Shown: positions 18,256 through 28,660, counted from the first letter of the stretch. The stretch is DNA of 64,000 nucleotides from Bacteroidota bacterium (GCA_040389845.1 JAZJZL010000157.1:86324-150323), one strand, 5' to 3'. Notes: generated by a model not told the origin, from the sequence alone. Translations and numbers: made by a program.

Positions 18256-20502
18256 ATGACAATCAAGAAGAAAATAGCGGGAGCAGCTGTATTACTGTTG
18301 CTGCTTACCGTAATAACGGCATATTACCGGCCCCGTTCGTCGCACCAGGAAATGCTGGATATGCTGACAGAACTCCGGCATAAATACTTCAGCACCGAAA
18401 ATCCATTTAGCCCCGAAGTAAAGTGGGCGTATGTTGACTCTCAACTTAAAAGACCGGGCAACGAAAGAAACCTTATGCTGCTTAATGCCCGTGCTTCACT
18501 CAGTCTTAAAGTAGGCAAAGAGGAACAGGCTGTGCAGGACTATGAAAACGGTGTGAACCTGATGGATTTTATGAATATCACCGGCATGATGCCCGACCTG
18601 GGTATCGCTTACATGCGCCTGGGTGAACGAAGCAATTGCATGTTAAACCACAACGGCTCGTCCTGCATCTTCCCTATAAAAGATGGCGGCGTGCACGTGC
18701 TGAAAACCGGGTCGACCAAAGCAATTCAAACCTACGAGACGATATTGAGAAGCCAGCCGGATGATTATGAATCGAAATGGCTGCTCAACATTGCATTTAT
18801 GACGCTAGGCAGATATCCGCAGGACGTGCCTAAAGAGTTCCTGATACCAGGGCTTAATTCTGATGGCGGAACGCGTGTAAAACCCTTTACAGATGTGGCG
18901 GCAGACCTGGGCCTGAATATAAACGGCCGGGCTGGCGGTGTGATTGTAGATGATTTTAATAATGATGGCTACCTCGACATCGTAACCTCAGCCTGGGATC
19001 TTTCTGACCCGATGCATTATTTCCAGAATAATAAGGATGGCAGCTTTACTGATTTGACTGAACAAAGCGGTCTGAAAGGGTTAACAGGTGGCCTGAACAT
19101 ACAGCAAACTGATTACAACAACGACGGAAATCTCGACATTTTTGTATTAAGAGGAGCATGGAATACAAATGGTTACGGTAACCAGCCAAGCTCGCTGCTG
19201 CGCAATAACGGCGACGGTACCTTTACGGACGTTACCACATCGGCCGGTTTGTTTTTTATGCATCCAACCCAGGCCGCAGTTTGGGCCGACTTCAATAACG
19301 ATGGCTGGCTTGATGTTTTTATAGGAGCGGAAAACCCGACAACGCCTGACGCGGGAGGCTATCACCATTGTATGCTCTACATGAATAACCAAGACGGCAC
19401 CTTTACTGAAGTAGCGCAAAAGGCACATTGCGATATCCTTGCCTATGTAAAAGGCGCAACTTCTGCTGACTTTGACCACGACGGCTATCCCGATGTATTT
19501 CTCTCGACTATGAATGGCCAAAAATACCTGTTCAGAAATAAAGGAATAAAAGGAGGTGGCGTGGATTTTGAAGATGTTACTGAAAAAGCCGGCATTGCTT
19601 CCAATAAAGCAAGAACATTCACCACCTGGTTTTATGACTATGACAATGACGGCTGGAGCGATATACTGATTGCCGATTATAATTTCCAGGGAAAAAGCCT
19701 GGCCTGGTTTGCAGGCGCAGAAGGTGTGGGCAAACCTGTGCGCGATGCAGGTACCATTTACCTGTACCACAATAATCACAACGGTACATTTACTAATGTT
19801 AGCAAACAAACAGGCCTTGATAAAGTAACATTCAGCATGGGCGCCAATTTTGGCGATATTGATAATGATGGCTATCCCGATATGTATTTTGGTACGGGTA
19901 ATCCCGATTTTAAATCGCTGGTGCCTAATAAAATGTTTAAGAACCTTGGCGGAAAGAAATTTGCTGACGTTACTGTTTCCTCGCGTACCGGCAACCTGCA
20001 GAAAGGTCATGGCGTAGCGTTTGCTGATATAAGAAATACAGGCGTGCAGGATATTTTTGCCGTTATCGGCGGAGCTTACAAAGGCGATTCGTACACCAGC
20101 TCGCTGTTTATGAACCCGGGGCAAAGCAATAATAACTGGATAAGCCTTAAGTTGGAGGGGGTAAAAGCAAACAAAGCCGCTATCGGCAGCCATATCAAAC
20201 TTACATTTACCGAAAATGGCGTTAAGCGGAGCGTTTACAAAGATGTTAACTCAGGCGGCAGCTTTGGCTCATCGCCTTTACGGCAGGAGATTGGAATTGG
20301 CCAGGCAAAATCAATTGATGAGGTTGAAATAACATGGGCCGGCGATAATGTTGTTCAACGATTTCAGAACGTTGCGCCAAACCAGTTTTTACATATAACA
20401 GAAGGCCAGGGCAATCCCGAATTATTACATTTAAAAACATTGACTTACAAGAAACTGGCCAAGGCTCCTACATGTATGCCGATGATGAGCAGTTTGAAAT
20501 AA
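18256..20502 (+). CDS. CRTAC1-family protein (TPR-like N-terminus, FG-GAP repeats, ASPIC/UnbV C-terminus)
   Basis: Repeated DFNNDGxLD Ca-binding motifs and the ASPIC/UnbV segment VNSGGSFGSSPLRQEIGIG. Confidence 0.9.
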   Translation: MTIKKKIAGAAVLLLLLTVITAYYRPRSSHQEMLDMLTELRHKYFSTENPFSPEVKWAYVDSQLKRPGNERNLMLLNARASLSLKVGKEEQAVQDYENGVNLMDFMNITGMMPDLGIAYMRLGERSNCMLNHNGSSCIFPIKDGGVHVLKTGSTKAIQTYETILRSQPDDYESKWLLNIAFMTLGRYPQDVPKEFLIPGLNSDGGTRVKPFTDVAADLGLNINGRAGGVIVDDFNNDGYLDIVTSAWDLSDPMHYFQNNKDGSFTDLTEQSGLKGLTGGLNIQQTDYNNDGNLDIFVLRGAWNTNGYGNQPSSLLRNNGDGTFTDVTTSAGLFFMHPTQAAVWADFNNDGWLDVFIGAENPTTPDAGGYHHCMLYMNNQDGTFTEVAQKAHCDILAYVKGATSADFDHDGYPDVFLSTMNGQKYLFRNKGIKGGGVDFEDVTEKAGIASNKARTFTTWFYDYDNDGWSDILIADYNFQGKSLAWFAGAEGVGKPVRDAGTIYLYHNNHNGTFTNVSKQTGLDKVTFSMGANFGDIDNDGYPDMYFGTGNPDFKSLVPNKMFKNLGGKKFADVTVSSRTGNLQKGHGVAFADIRNTGVQDIFAVIGGAYKGDSYTSSLFMNPGQSNNNWISLKLEGVKANKAAIGSHIKLTFTENGVKRSVYKDVNSGGSFGSSPLRQEIGIGQAKSIDEVEITWAGDNVVQRFQNVAPNQFLHITEGQGNPELLHLKTLTYKKLAKAPTCMPMMSSLK

Positions 20503-20651
20503 AGAGCTTATTATAAATAATAGTTGAATGATAAGCTTATAAAACCGATGCTAAATATTTTTATATGATTAAGAAACAGTAAGCCGTGTATTTTGTTAAA
20601 AAGAGTGCTATATTTATAATATTGTTTCAATTAACTAAAAACCATAAAGCA

Positions 20652-21029
20652 ATGAAAAAACTGCTGTTAATATGCTGCTTGTTTGCTGCGATAACAACCG
20701 CGAGCCGCGCCCAGACTAAAGTAGGCGCCGACCCTGTAGAGAAAGCCAAAGGCTTGCAAAAACAGTTAAACCTTTCGGATAAGCAAACTGAAAAGGTAAC
20801 TGATATTTATAAAGAGTCGGTGAAGAAATTTGACGAGATAAAAGTTAAGGAGCACGGTAACACCAACAAAATGTTAGCAGATGTTACCCCGTTGCGAGTG
20901 GCTACTATTAAGAAAATTAAAGACGTTTTAACCCCTAAACAGGTGGTTAAATATGACAAGCTGGTTAAAGAAAGCAAAAGCTCGAGCCTTAACGGCGGTT
21001 GGAGTGACGGCTGGACTACTGCTAATTAA
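20652..21029 (+). CDS. Secreted small helical protein (hypothetical)
   Basis: Signal peptide MKKLLLICCLF, then LQKQLNLSDKQ...IKDVLTPKQ, which resembles Spy/CpxP-like helical proteins. Start refined to 20652. Confidence 0.7.
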   Translation: MKKLLLICCLFAAITTASRAQTKVGADPVEKAKGLQKQLNLSDKQTEKVTDIYKESVKKFDEIKVKEHGNTNKMLADVTPLRVATIKKIKDVLTPKQVVKYDKLVKESKSSSLNGGWSDGWTTAN

Positions 21030-21049
21030 CAAAGCAAAACCATATAAAC

Positions 21050-21079
21050 AAAGAGAGCGGCCCGAAAGCCGCTCTCTTT
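21050..21079. terminator. Bidirectional intrinsic terminator
   Basis: Perfect 12-bp stem AAAGAGAGCGGC-ccgaaa-GCCGCTCTCTTT between convergent genes. Confidence 0.8.
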
Positions 21080-21095
21080 GTTCCGGGAGATTATT

Positions 21096-21965
21096 TTAAT
21101 CCAGCACGCCAAACTTACCTGACTGAAATTCCTGGAATGCTACCTGCAGTTCCTGTTGGGTATTCATCACAAATGGGCCGTATTGGGCGATTGGTTCATT
21201 AATGGGCTCACCGCTTAATAACAGCAAAACGGCGTTAACATCGGCACTGATATTAATTTCCTCGCCTTCGTTTTTGAACAGCACAAAATCGTGCTCACTA
21301 ACCGAAGCGCCGTTAACCGTTGCCGCGCCTTCAACCACCAACAATATGGCGTTGTGGCTTACCGGTATATTAGTGTTCACTTTACCGCCCGGATTCAATT
21401 TAATATCGAACATGTTTACAGGAGTAAACGTAGTTGCCGGGCCTTGTTCCCCATTAAAGTTGCCGGCAATAATATTCACTGTGCCGCCATTGCCAGGTAA
21501 AGTTAGCTTACTCATTTGTTCAGCAGTTATAGGCTGATATTTGGCAGGAGTAAGCTTATCTTTTGCAGGCAGGTTTACCCATAGCTGCACCATCTCAAAC
21601 GGTCCGCCTTTTTTCGAAAAACTTTCTTCATGGTATTCCTTGTGTAATATACCGCCGCCTGCGGTCATCCACTGCACGTCGCCGGGGTTAATCACGCCGC
21701 TGTTGCCGGTGCTGTCGTGGTGGGCTACGCTGCCTTTATAGGCGATAGTCACGGTTTCGAAGCCTTTATGCGGATGGACATCAACGCCACGTATATGATC
21801 CGATGGTCCGAAATCGTACTCCGCATTAAAATCCATCATCAAAAACGGACTTACCCGCTTTTGAGTTAATTGGGCATTTGGGAAATAATTAAATACCCTG
21901 AATCCGTCGCCAACCATACCCGGACGGGCAGGGCGGCTATATATTTTTTCAATTTGTTTTAACAT
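21096..21965 (-). CDS. Pirin family protein
   Basis: Bicupin metal motif VHPHKGFETVT, MTAGGGILHKE, VQLWVNLP and GPFVMN. Confidence 0.95.
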   Translation of the reverse strand: MLKQIEKIYSRPARPGMVGDGFRVFNYFPNAQLTQKRVSPFLMMDFNAEYDFGPSDHIRGVDVHPHKGFETVTIAYKGSVAHHDSTGNSGVINPGDVQWMTAGGGILHKEYHEESFSKKGGPFEMVQLWVNLPAKDKLTPAKYQPITAEQMSKLTLPGNGGTVNIIAGNFNGEQGPATTFTPVNMFDIKLNPGGKVNTNIPVSHNAILLVVEGAATVNGASVSEHDFVLFKNEGEEINISADVNAVLLLLSGEPINEPIAQYGPFVMNTQQELQVAFQEFQSGKFGVLD

Positions 21966-22094
21966 TTGGTCTCCTTAATAATTTATATACAAAGGTACGA
22001 AGGGCGGTAAGGGTTTATACTTGATGTAGGTTAAGAATTAGTTGATTAGTGACTGGAGATTAGAGCTTAGAAAAATCCAGCTGCTCCCTGTGCT

Positions 22095-22480
22095 AAAGAG
22101 CCATCGGCCCGGCCCATGTTGTAGCGCCGGGTTTTTCTCTACCGTCTGCCCAAATCTTTTCAGCGTTTTATTTCTTGCCCCGTTAGGGGCTACCGCTTTG
22201 TAGCCTATAACAAGAAAGAAATTTTTGCCCCATCGGGGCTACCCTTATTCGTTATGCCTGGTTATTGCGGGTAAGAATATCAGGCGGTAGGGTAACCTCT
22301 ACGAGGCAACCCCCCTTTTTATTATCGTTTCTACAAAGCGGTAGAGCCTACGGCTCATTGCCTTTGGTAATTTGAACCTCTGGTTACACGGCAGGCTTTT
22401 AACCTGGTGAAATGATGCATAATTTCATAAAGAGCCATCGGCTCGGCCCATCTTGGTAGCGCCGGGTTTCAACCTGGCGT
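22095..22480. repeat. Composite REP-like cluster
   Basis: Direct copies of AAAGAGCCATCGGC(C/T)CGGCC...TAGCGCCGGGTTT at 22095 and 22429 enclose an inverted pair (CCCCGTTAGGGGCTACCGCTTTGTAG / CTACAAAGCGGTAGAGCCTACGGCTC) at 22177-22356. Confidence 0.8.
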
Positions 22481-22499
22481 GAGCATAACAACCGAACCA

Positions 22500-23468
22500 T
22501 CATGCAAAATGCATCACCACATACAACGCCGCAACAGAAATGGCCACCCAAAGCATCACCCCTTGCAGCAACGGTTTAAAGCCTACCGATGCAAGCACCG
22601 CACATGATAATCCGGCCCCGATTAAAAACAGCGTAAGCGTTAGCCCTGCCTTAGCGATATTTACTATAAACGGACTAACTACGGTAATTCCCGGAACGTA
22701 AGTATTTATCATCAACGCCACGATGAACAGACCGATAAAATATGGTATACTCACTTTCCTCGATTTATTTTTAAAGACGACGGCAGCAATTAAGGTTACC
22801 GGAACTATCCACAATGCCCTTGCAAGCTTCACCGTTGTGGCGACGGCTAACGCATGCTGCCCATATTTACTTGCCGCCCCTACTACCGAGCTGGTGTCAT
22901 GAATGGCGATGGCGCACCATAAGCCAAACTGCGTTTGCGATAAATTCAAGTAATGCCCAATCAAAGGAAAAACAAAAAGGGCTACCGAGTTGAGTACAAA
23001 AACACAGCCCAGCGCGACTGAGATTTGCTTCTCCTCCGCCTTGATCACAGGAGCAATGGCCGCAATGGCGCTGCCGCCGCAAATGGCTGTACCACCCGAA
23101 ATGAGGAAGGAGGTTTTCTTTTCAATCTTAAGCCATCTGCCTAAAAAATAGCCTAAAGTTAATGTGCCTGCTATAGATGCAATTGTAAACAACACACTCT
23201 GGCGCCCGGCTTGTAATGCGGTGCTGATATTCATGCCAAAGCCCAGCCCAACTACTGATGCCTGCAAAAGCCAGTGTGTAGCCTTATGGTTTAAATGCAG
23301 GTAAGGGTGACCGGTAAGTTGTGCTACCGCCAGACCAAGTATCAAGGCAGTTGCCGGCCCGGCAAAAGGAGTTACGCAAAATACAGCGCAACCGGCAAAA
23401 ACCAGTTTCCGCAGGTTGTCATTAATATTTAGTAGTTGATGGGGTTTATCTAATTGATGGGTTTCCAT
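22500..23468 (-). CDS. YeiH/UPF0324 putative sulfate exporter family membrane protein
   Basis: GTAICGGSAIAA, WCAIAIHDTSSVV and VKLARAL motifs. Confidence 0.92.
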   Translation of the reverse strand: METHQLDKPHQLLNINDNLRKLVFAGCAVFCVTPFAGPATALILGLAVAQLTGHPYLHLNHKATHWLLQASVVGLGFGMNISTALQAGRQSVLFTIASIAGTLTLGYFLGRWLKIEKKTSFLISGGTAICGGSAIAAIAPVIKAEEKQISVALGCVFVLNSVALFVFPLIGHYLNLSQTQFGLWCAIAIHDTSSVVGAASKYGQHALAVATTVKLARALWIVPVTLIAAVVFKNKSRKVSIPYFIGLFIVALMINTYVPGITVVSPFIVNIAKAGLTLTLFLIGAGLSCAVLASVGFKPLLQGVMLWVAISVAALYVVMHFA

Positions 23469-23535
23469 TTGCTTTTATTTGAAGCAAATGTCCGCCAATC
23501 TATGTCCAGATTTTTATCACGAATCGCGATGCCTG

Positions 23536-23550
23536 ATAACCAAAAGTTAT
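23536..23550. promoter_or_regulatory. LysR-type T-N11-A operator upstream of the YeiH gene
   Basis: Inverted repeat ATAAC-CAAAA-GTTAT, 68 nt upstream of the start codon. Confidence 0.55.
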
Positions 23551-23584
23551 GAGCTTATTAAATTCGATATAACTGGAACAAGAG

Positions 23585-24292
23585 TTAACGGCCGTTAACA
23601 ATTACTTTTGGTTTCCGGCCCTTCAAGCATTTTTTAATGTACTCACTCACCTCATAATCGGTAGCATTTTTTACCATGCCGTAATCAGGCCGGTACTTAC
23701 TCATAAAGTTAAATAGCTGTTCGCCGGTAAAACCGGTAATCCGGCTAACCAGTGGCTTACTAAAGCGGCGATCGACAATGCTGTTTCGATAATCGGCGAC
23801 AAAGGTGCGCTGCAGACGGCGGGCGTCGGCCCCTTCCTTGCTTACAGCGCTCCATACTTTATCAATTACTACACCAACCCCTAGCGGTGTAATTACTATC
23901 GCGTGGCTTTTGTCGCCCTTGCGGTATATTTCTTTGTAGGCGGTTTTATTTTCGGCAAGTTTTTTTTCGGGTGTTAGCAGTGTGCTATTAATATCAACCT
24001 CTTTAAGCACCAACGGGCCCTTTCTAAGCCGGATAATAACATACGGAGCGTTCACGATCGCCAGTGTATCGTTCAGGAAACCTTCTTTAACAGTTATTAA
24101 AGTGTCACCGGCCTTGGCCTGGATAGAAAATTCGCCCAAATCGTTACTAAGCGTCTGAATATTACGGTTTTTGATGGTGGCATTGCCTTGCCGTGTGTTG
24201 TCAAAAACTACTAAGCCTTTAACCTGGGCTGTAGCGGCCATGCAGCCCGATAAGCTGATAATCATTGTACAAGCTAATGCCCTATTACGCAT
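23585..24292 (-). CDS. Secreted hypothetical protein with carboxypeptidase-like regulatory N-domain
   Basis: Signal peptide; VKGLVVFD...SNDLGEFSIQAKAGDTL; C-terminal FMSKYRPDY. Confidence 0.75.
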   Translation of the reverse strand: MRNRALACTMIISLSGCMAATAQVKGLVVFDNTRQGNATIKNRNIQTLSNDLGEFSIQAKAGDTLITVKEGFLNDTLAIVNAPYVIIRLRKGPLVLKEVDINSTLLTPEKKLAENKTAYKEIYRKGDKSHAIVITPLGVGVVIDKVWSAVSKEGADARRLQRTFVADYRNSIVDRRFSKPLVSRITGFTGEQLFNFMSKYRPDYGMVKNATDYEVSEYIKKCLKGRKPKVIVNGR

Positions 24293-24375
24293 GCGACTGA
24301 TTTACGGGCAATATCGTTATTAAAACCGTGTCGCTTTACGGCAGTTTCGTTAAATTATGTTAAGGTTAATCATCT

Positions 24376-25359
24376 CTACTTTTTAGTCCCTGTAACGTTC
24401 AGGAAGATAATGCTGCTATGCGGAATGCCCAATGTGATAGCTGGGGTTACCTCCAAATAAAGTTTAAGATAACCGTCTGTAATGCCCTTCATGGCGGCGA
24501 TATAAGCATCCGCCCCTTCCTTGGACAGATAGTTCAAGGGCACCATCGATTTCCTGAAGGTTATCTTTCCCTTGTCGTCTAAAAAGGCTGTGTAGGAATA
24601 ATAAAAATCGGTATAGGCGTGATGGATAGTAATATTATAAGTTGGCGACAGGTAGTTATCAAACAGCATGCCGCCGTTTACATCACCGTCGTGAACAATT
24701 TCTTTTTTTACGGTGATGAGCGGCGTTTTGGCTTTTAAGCTGGGTGGCGTGGTTCCTGCAAAGGCGCTGTCAAGAGTTTTATTGGCAGCTAGAGATTTTT
24801 TCGTGATATAATCAGTGTCACGACGGCTTGGCTTCCAGAAGTTCGCGGTGTCGGAGTGCAGGGTGTTTTTGATGTAATCGTTGGTGTAGAAGGTCATATA
24901 GGCATGCACCTTTTCGTCGCTGATCACGCGGCCATCAACATGCAGCACCATAAATTGTATGCTGTCTTTCTTAATATATTTTAATTTAAGCCATGCCCAG
25001 GCCACGTTGTAAATCGAGTCATGATCGAACACTACTGGCGTGTTCAAAAACTTATTTTTCTTGGGGCTGTAGATATTTACTGAATCATCCGAAGGAAAAG
25101 AAATCCGCCATTCGGGAATCAGCTGGTAACCAACGGGACTAAAAGATAGTCCATTATCAAACGTGCGCTTTACTTCGGTATAATGAATGCCCTTAATGCT
25201 GCTAATTAACGCCTTAGCTTTTGTCACCTCTGCCTTGCGTTTGGTTTCTTCCCTTTCACGTTCCGAAACATGCCGGCGGCGACAGGAGGTAATGGCTATG
25301 GAACTAAAAACAAGGAGCAAGAAAAGAACTGTATAGGACTTACGGGCAGATATGTTCAT
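24376..25359 (-). CDS. Hypothetical lipoprotein
   Basis: Lipobox-like AITSC follows a hydrophobic stretch; 327-aa ORF. Confidence 0.75.
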   Translation of the reverse strand: MNISARKSYTVLFLLLVFSSIAITSCRRRHVSEREREETKRKAEVTKAKALISSIKGIHYTEVKRTFDNGLSFSPVGYQLIPEWRISFPSDDSVNIYSPKKNKFLNTPVVFDHDSIYNVAWAWLKLKYIKKDSIQFMVLHVDGRVISDEKVHAYMTFYTNDYIKNTLHSDTANFWKPSRRDTDYITKKSLAANKTLDSAFAGTTPPSLKAKTPLITVKKEIVHDGDVNGGMLFDNYLSPTYNITIHHAYTDFYYSYTAFLDDKGKITFRKSMVPLNYLSKEGADAYIAAMKGITDGYLKLYLEVTPAITLGIPHSSIIFLNVTGTKK

Positions 25360-25507
25360 AGAATAGCTTGCAGGGGTTATTTAAAAACGCTAAAATAGTA
25401 AAAGGGTTTGATGGGGGAAGTCCAAAAATTGGGAAAGTCAGTAAAGTCGGAAAGATGAATCGCAGATGAGCAAAGCATTGACCGGAATAAATTAACCTTT
25501 CAACCTT

Positions 25508-25654
25508 TCAACGAGTACACTCAGCGCCTGTTCCGGATCCTAATATCAGATAGCCAGTGTACTCCGGCCCTGTCATAGCGAATATCCCCATGCCAATTAC
25601 CAGGCTGATCACGATCATGGTAAGGTCGAAGCGGTTTAGCTTGGGTTTAATCAT
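25508..25654 (-). pseudogene. Remnant N-terminus of an APC-family amino acid permease
   Basis: Hand translation: MIKPKLNRFDLTMIVISLVIGMGIFAMTGPEYTGYLILGSGTGAECTR*. The first 25 aa match the TM1 motif (L.L.D......VIG.GIF) of APC permeases, after which similarity is lost. Confidence 0.65.
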
Positions 25655-25754
25655 ATATTAATGATACGTTAATTGTTTATTTTTTAAATTTATATTTTAA
25701 TTTTGTTATCGTTGCCTGATTAATTGATACTAAATACTATTGTTGGCCCCTGTA

Positions 25755-26432
25755 ATGCAAATTGTTCCGAAGCAAATTAAGCAAATTATTGTTGCCGTTA
25801 TACTTATGTTAAGTATTTCGCCGGCTTTTGCGCAGGTAAAACATCCGGCTAAAAACAGTAAGCCGCCTGTTGTCCAGGTCAGGCATGCCCCGGTTAGCAC
25901 CCAGGTCGCGGCGTTTACCCGCATTGCGGCACAGGCTAATGTAAGCTTCATTTTCCCGAAAGGATTTAAAGAAATACCGGCGCCGGATAACGATTATTTC
26001 TCGTACGATTATGCTATGACCATACCCGGAAAAGATTTCGAGATATGGATGCAGGTAAAATCGGAAAAAGAAAACTGGGCCAGCTATGAAAAGGCCAGGA
26101 ATCAACCCGACGCACAGCAATTGGCAAACCCGGATTCAACTTATATTCCATTGGCCCAGGCGCAATGTGCCGCATTTGCCGGCGACAATCCTTATTCGCC
26201 AAGAAATATTCCCCCGGATATACTGGCGCGCTATAACGCCGACAACGGGAAATCATACCTGCTTACCCTGCGCGACATGCAAACGACCAAGAGTTATAAG
26301 TATGCGCTACTGATAACCCTTCAAAAAGACCACACCGGCATAATAATAGCCGTTTGCTTTACCAACGAGAAAGGTCCTGAGTTTTTTAAAAACATGGATA
26401 AGGCGAGCAATTGTTTGAAGTTTAAGCAGTAG
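25755..26432 (+). CDS. Secreted hypothetical protein
   Basis: Signal peptide ending PAFAQ. ATG at 25755 is preferred over TTG at 25740. Confidence 0.75.
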   Translation: MQIVPKQIKQIIVAVILMLSISPAFAQVKHPAKNSKPPVVQVRHAPVSTQVAAFTRIAAQANVSFIFPKGFKEIPAPDNDYFSYDYAMTIPGKDFEIWMQVKSEKENWASYEKARNQPDAQQLANPDSTYIPLAQAQCAAFAGDNPYSPRNIPPDILARYNADNGKSYLLTLRDMQTTKSYKYALLITLQKDHTGIIIAVCFTNEKGPEFFKNMDKASNCLKFKQ

Positions 26433-26433
26433 G

Positions 26434-26514
26434 AACCGGGATTAAGCAGATTTTATGGATTGTCCCTAACCTGGCGAAATCCTTGAATCTTTTGATCCTA
26501 CGAATCTTAGTTCA
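26434..26514. repeat. Long imperfect hairpin built from GGATT/AATCC ~9-nt units
   Basis: GAACCGGGATT...GGATT on the left arm and AATCC...AATCTTAGTTC on the right. The same architecture occurs at 28537-28660 and 52255-52348. Confidence 0.6.
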
Positions 26515-26643
26515 TTTTGTTAATAAGTTAAAACATTAGGTTAATTAATTTTTAACGCAAACCTTATTTTTGCCGGGTGGATATTTTTGCGCTTCGCGGA
26601 ATGCCCGTCCCCTTTCCCTTAATTTAATATTTATAAGATTTAG

Positions 26644-28536
26644 ATGGCTGAAGCTGTAAATTATAGTGATGATAGTATCCGTTCGCTGGATTGGAAAGAG
26701 CATATACGCCTGCGTCCCGGTATGTATATCGGTAAGCTGGGCGATGGCTCGGCGTATGACGATGGCGTTTACGTGCTGCTGAAAGAGATAGTGGATAACT
26801 CGATTGATGAGTTTGTGATGGGTGCAGGCCGGACAATCGATATCACCATGAGCGACCACAAGGTATCCGTACGCGACTATGGCCGCGGTATCCCGCTCGG
26901 TAAGGTTATCGATTGCGTATCGAAAATTAATACAGGCGGTAAGTACGATAGCAAAGCGTTCCAGAAATCGGTGGGCTTGAATGGTGTGGGTACAAAGGCC
27001 GTAAACGCACTGTCGAATGTGTTTACGGTGCAATCATACCGCGACGGCCGCACCAAGCTGGCCGAGTTTGCCAAAGGCGAATTAACTAAAGACGAACCGG
27101 AAAAAGAAACTACGCAGCGCAACGGCACCGCTATAAATTTTTGGCCGGACGATAGCATTTTCAGGCACTACCGCTTTATCCCTGAGTTTGTTGATAGCAT
27201 GATATGGAACTACGTGTTCCTTAACTCGGGCCTTACTATTAACTTTAACAACCAGAAATATTTTTCGGAGAGGGGACTTTTTGACCTGCTGACGAAAAAC
27301 TCTGACGCCGAAAATATCCGTTATCCGATTATTCACCTGAAAGGTGAGGATATCGAAATTGCCATGACGCACGGTCAGCAATATGGCGAAGAATATTACT
27401 CGTTTGTAAACGGGCAGAACACTACGCAGGGCGGTACCCATCAGGCTGCCTTCCGCGAGGCGGTAGTGAAAACTATTCGCGAGTTTTATAAAAAGGAATT
27501 TGATGCTTCAGATGTTCGTGCGTCCATCGTGGCGGCCATCGCCATTAAAGTGCAGGAGCCGGTTTTTGAGTCGCAAACTAAAACAAAACTGGGGTCGCAA
27601 AACGTTGGTCCGGAGGGGCCATCGGTACGCGGATTTATAGGGGATTTTGTAAAACGGGAATTAGATAATTATCTGCACAAAAACCCAGCAGTAGCCGATG
27701 CTTTATTAAAGCGCATAATGCAAAGCGAGCGTGAGCGCAAGGACATTGCAGGCATAAAAAAACTGGCCAATGAGCGTGCAAAAAAAGCATCATTACATAA
27801 CCGCAAGCTGCGCGATTGCAAAGTGCATTTCGATGAAACCCACGAACGCAAGCAGGAAACCACCTTGTTTATCACAGAGGGTGATTCGGCCAGCGGGTCG
27901 ATAACCAAATCGCGTGATGTGATGACGCAGGCAGTATTCAGCTTGAAAGGTAAGCCACTAAACTGCTTCGGCCTGACCAAAAAAGTGGTTTACGAAAACG
28001 AAGAATTTAACCTTTTGCAGCACGCGCTGAATATTGAAGACGGGCTGGACGACCTGCGCTACAACAACATCGTGATAGCTACCGATGCCGATGTGGACGG
28101 TATGCACATCCGCCTGCTACTCATGACCTTCTTCCTGCAGTTCTTCCCTGATCTGGTGAAAGCAGGGCACGTATCGATATTACAAACGCCGCTTTTCCGC
28201 GTTCGTAATAAAAAAGAGACTATTTATTGCTATAGCGATGAAGAACGCCGCAATGCCATAGCCAAGCTTGGCGTAAAGCCAGAGATAACCCGCTTTAAAG
28301 GATTGGGAGAGATATCGCCGGACGAGTTCGGTTTATTTATAGGTAAAGATATTCGCCTTGATCCTGTGATATTGAAGGACGCCAACGTAAAAGCCCTGCT
28401 TGAATACTTTATGGGCAAGAATACGCCTGCCAGGCAGCAGCACATTGTGAACAACCTAAGGGTTGAAAAGGATGACGAAAACGTAAACCCGCTGATTGCT
28501 GAAGATACGGATAGCGTGGAATTGGCGGTAGCCTGA
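26644..28536 (+). CDS. parE: DNA topoisomerase IV subunit B
   Basis: [21 protein letters not shown]-terminus (Bacteroidota ParE type), GHKL motifs ([16 protein letters not shown]), TOPRIM motifs ITEGDSA and ATDADVDG, and RFKGLGE. Confidence 0.95.
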   Translation: MAEAVNYSDDSIRSLDWKEHIRLRPGMYIGKLGDGSAYDDGVYVLLKEIVDNSIDEFVMGAGRTIDITMSDHKVSVRDYGRGIPLGKVIDCVSKINTGGKYDSKAFQKSVGLNGVGTKAVNALSNVFTVQSYRDGRTKLAEFAKGELTKDEPEKETTQRNGTAINFWPDDSIFRHYRFIPEFVDSMIWNYVFLNSGLTINFNNQKYFSERGLFDLLTKNSDAENIRYPIIHLKGEDIEIAMTHGQQYGEEYYSFVNGQNTTQGGTHQAAFREAVVKTIREFYKKEFDASDVRASIVAAIAIKVQEPVFESQTKTKLGSQNVGPEGPSVRGFIGDFVKRELDNYLHKNPAVADALLKRIMQSERERKDIAGIKKLANERAKKASLHNRKLRDCKVHFDETHERKQETTLFITEGDSASGSITKSRDVMTQAVFSLKGKPLNCFGLTKKVVYENEEFNLLQHALNIEDGLDDLRYNNIVIATDADVDGMHIRLLLMTFFLQFFPDLVKAGHVSILQTPLFRVRNKKETIYCYSDEERRNAIAKLGVKPEITRFKGLGEISPDEFGLFIGKDIRLDPVILKDANVKALLEYFMGKNTPARQQHIVNNLRVEKDDENVNPLIAEDTDSVELAVA

Positions 28537-28660
28537 CGCGATTTAAGGATATAAAGGATTTTCAGGATTAATATTTACGAGCATCGATAACTTTTTAAAG
28601 TTGTCGATGCTTTTTTATTTTCAAAAATATCCTGCAAATCCTTCAAATCCCAAAATCGTG
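28537..28660. repeat. GGATT/AATCC hairpin element with a nested 32-nt palindrome
   Basis: The loop contains AGCATCGATAACTTT-TT-AAAGTTGTCGATGCT at 28580-28611. Confidence 0.7.

Noticed and set aside
22035-22075. Degenerate GATTAG-type short tandem units, and AAAGTC units at 25425-25455
   Set aside because: Too short and degenerate to separate from low-complexity intergenic sequence without statistics.
26644-28536. gyrB assignment
   Set aside because: The N-terminal [17 protein letters not shown] and overall motifs fit Bacteroidota ParE. The absence of an adjacent parC is not unusual.
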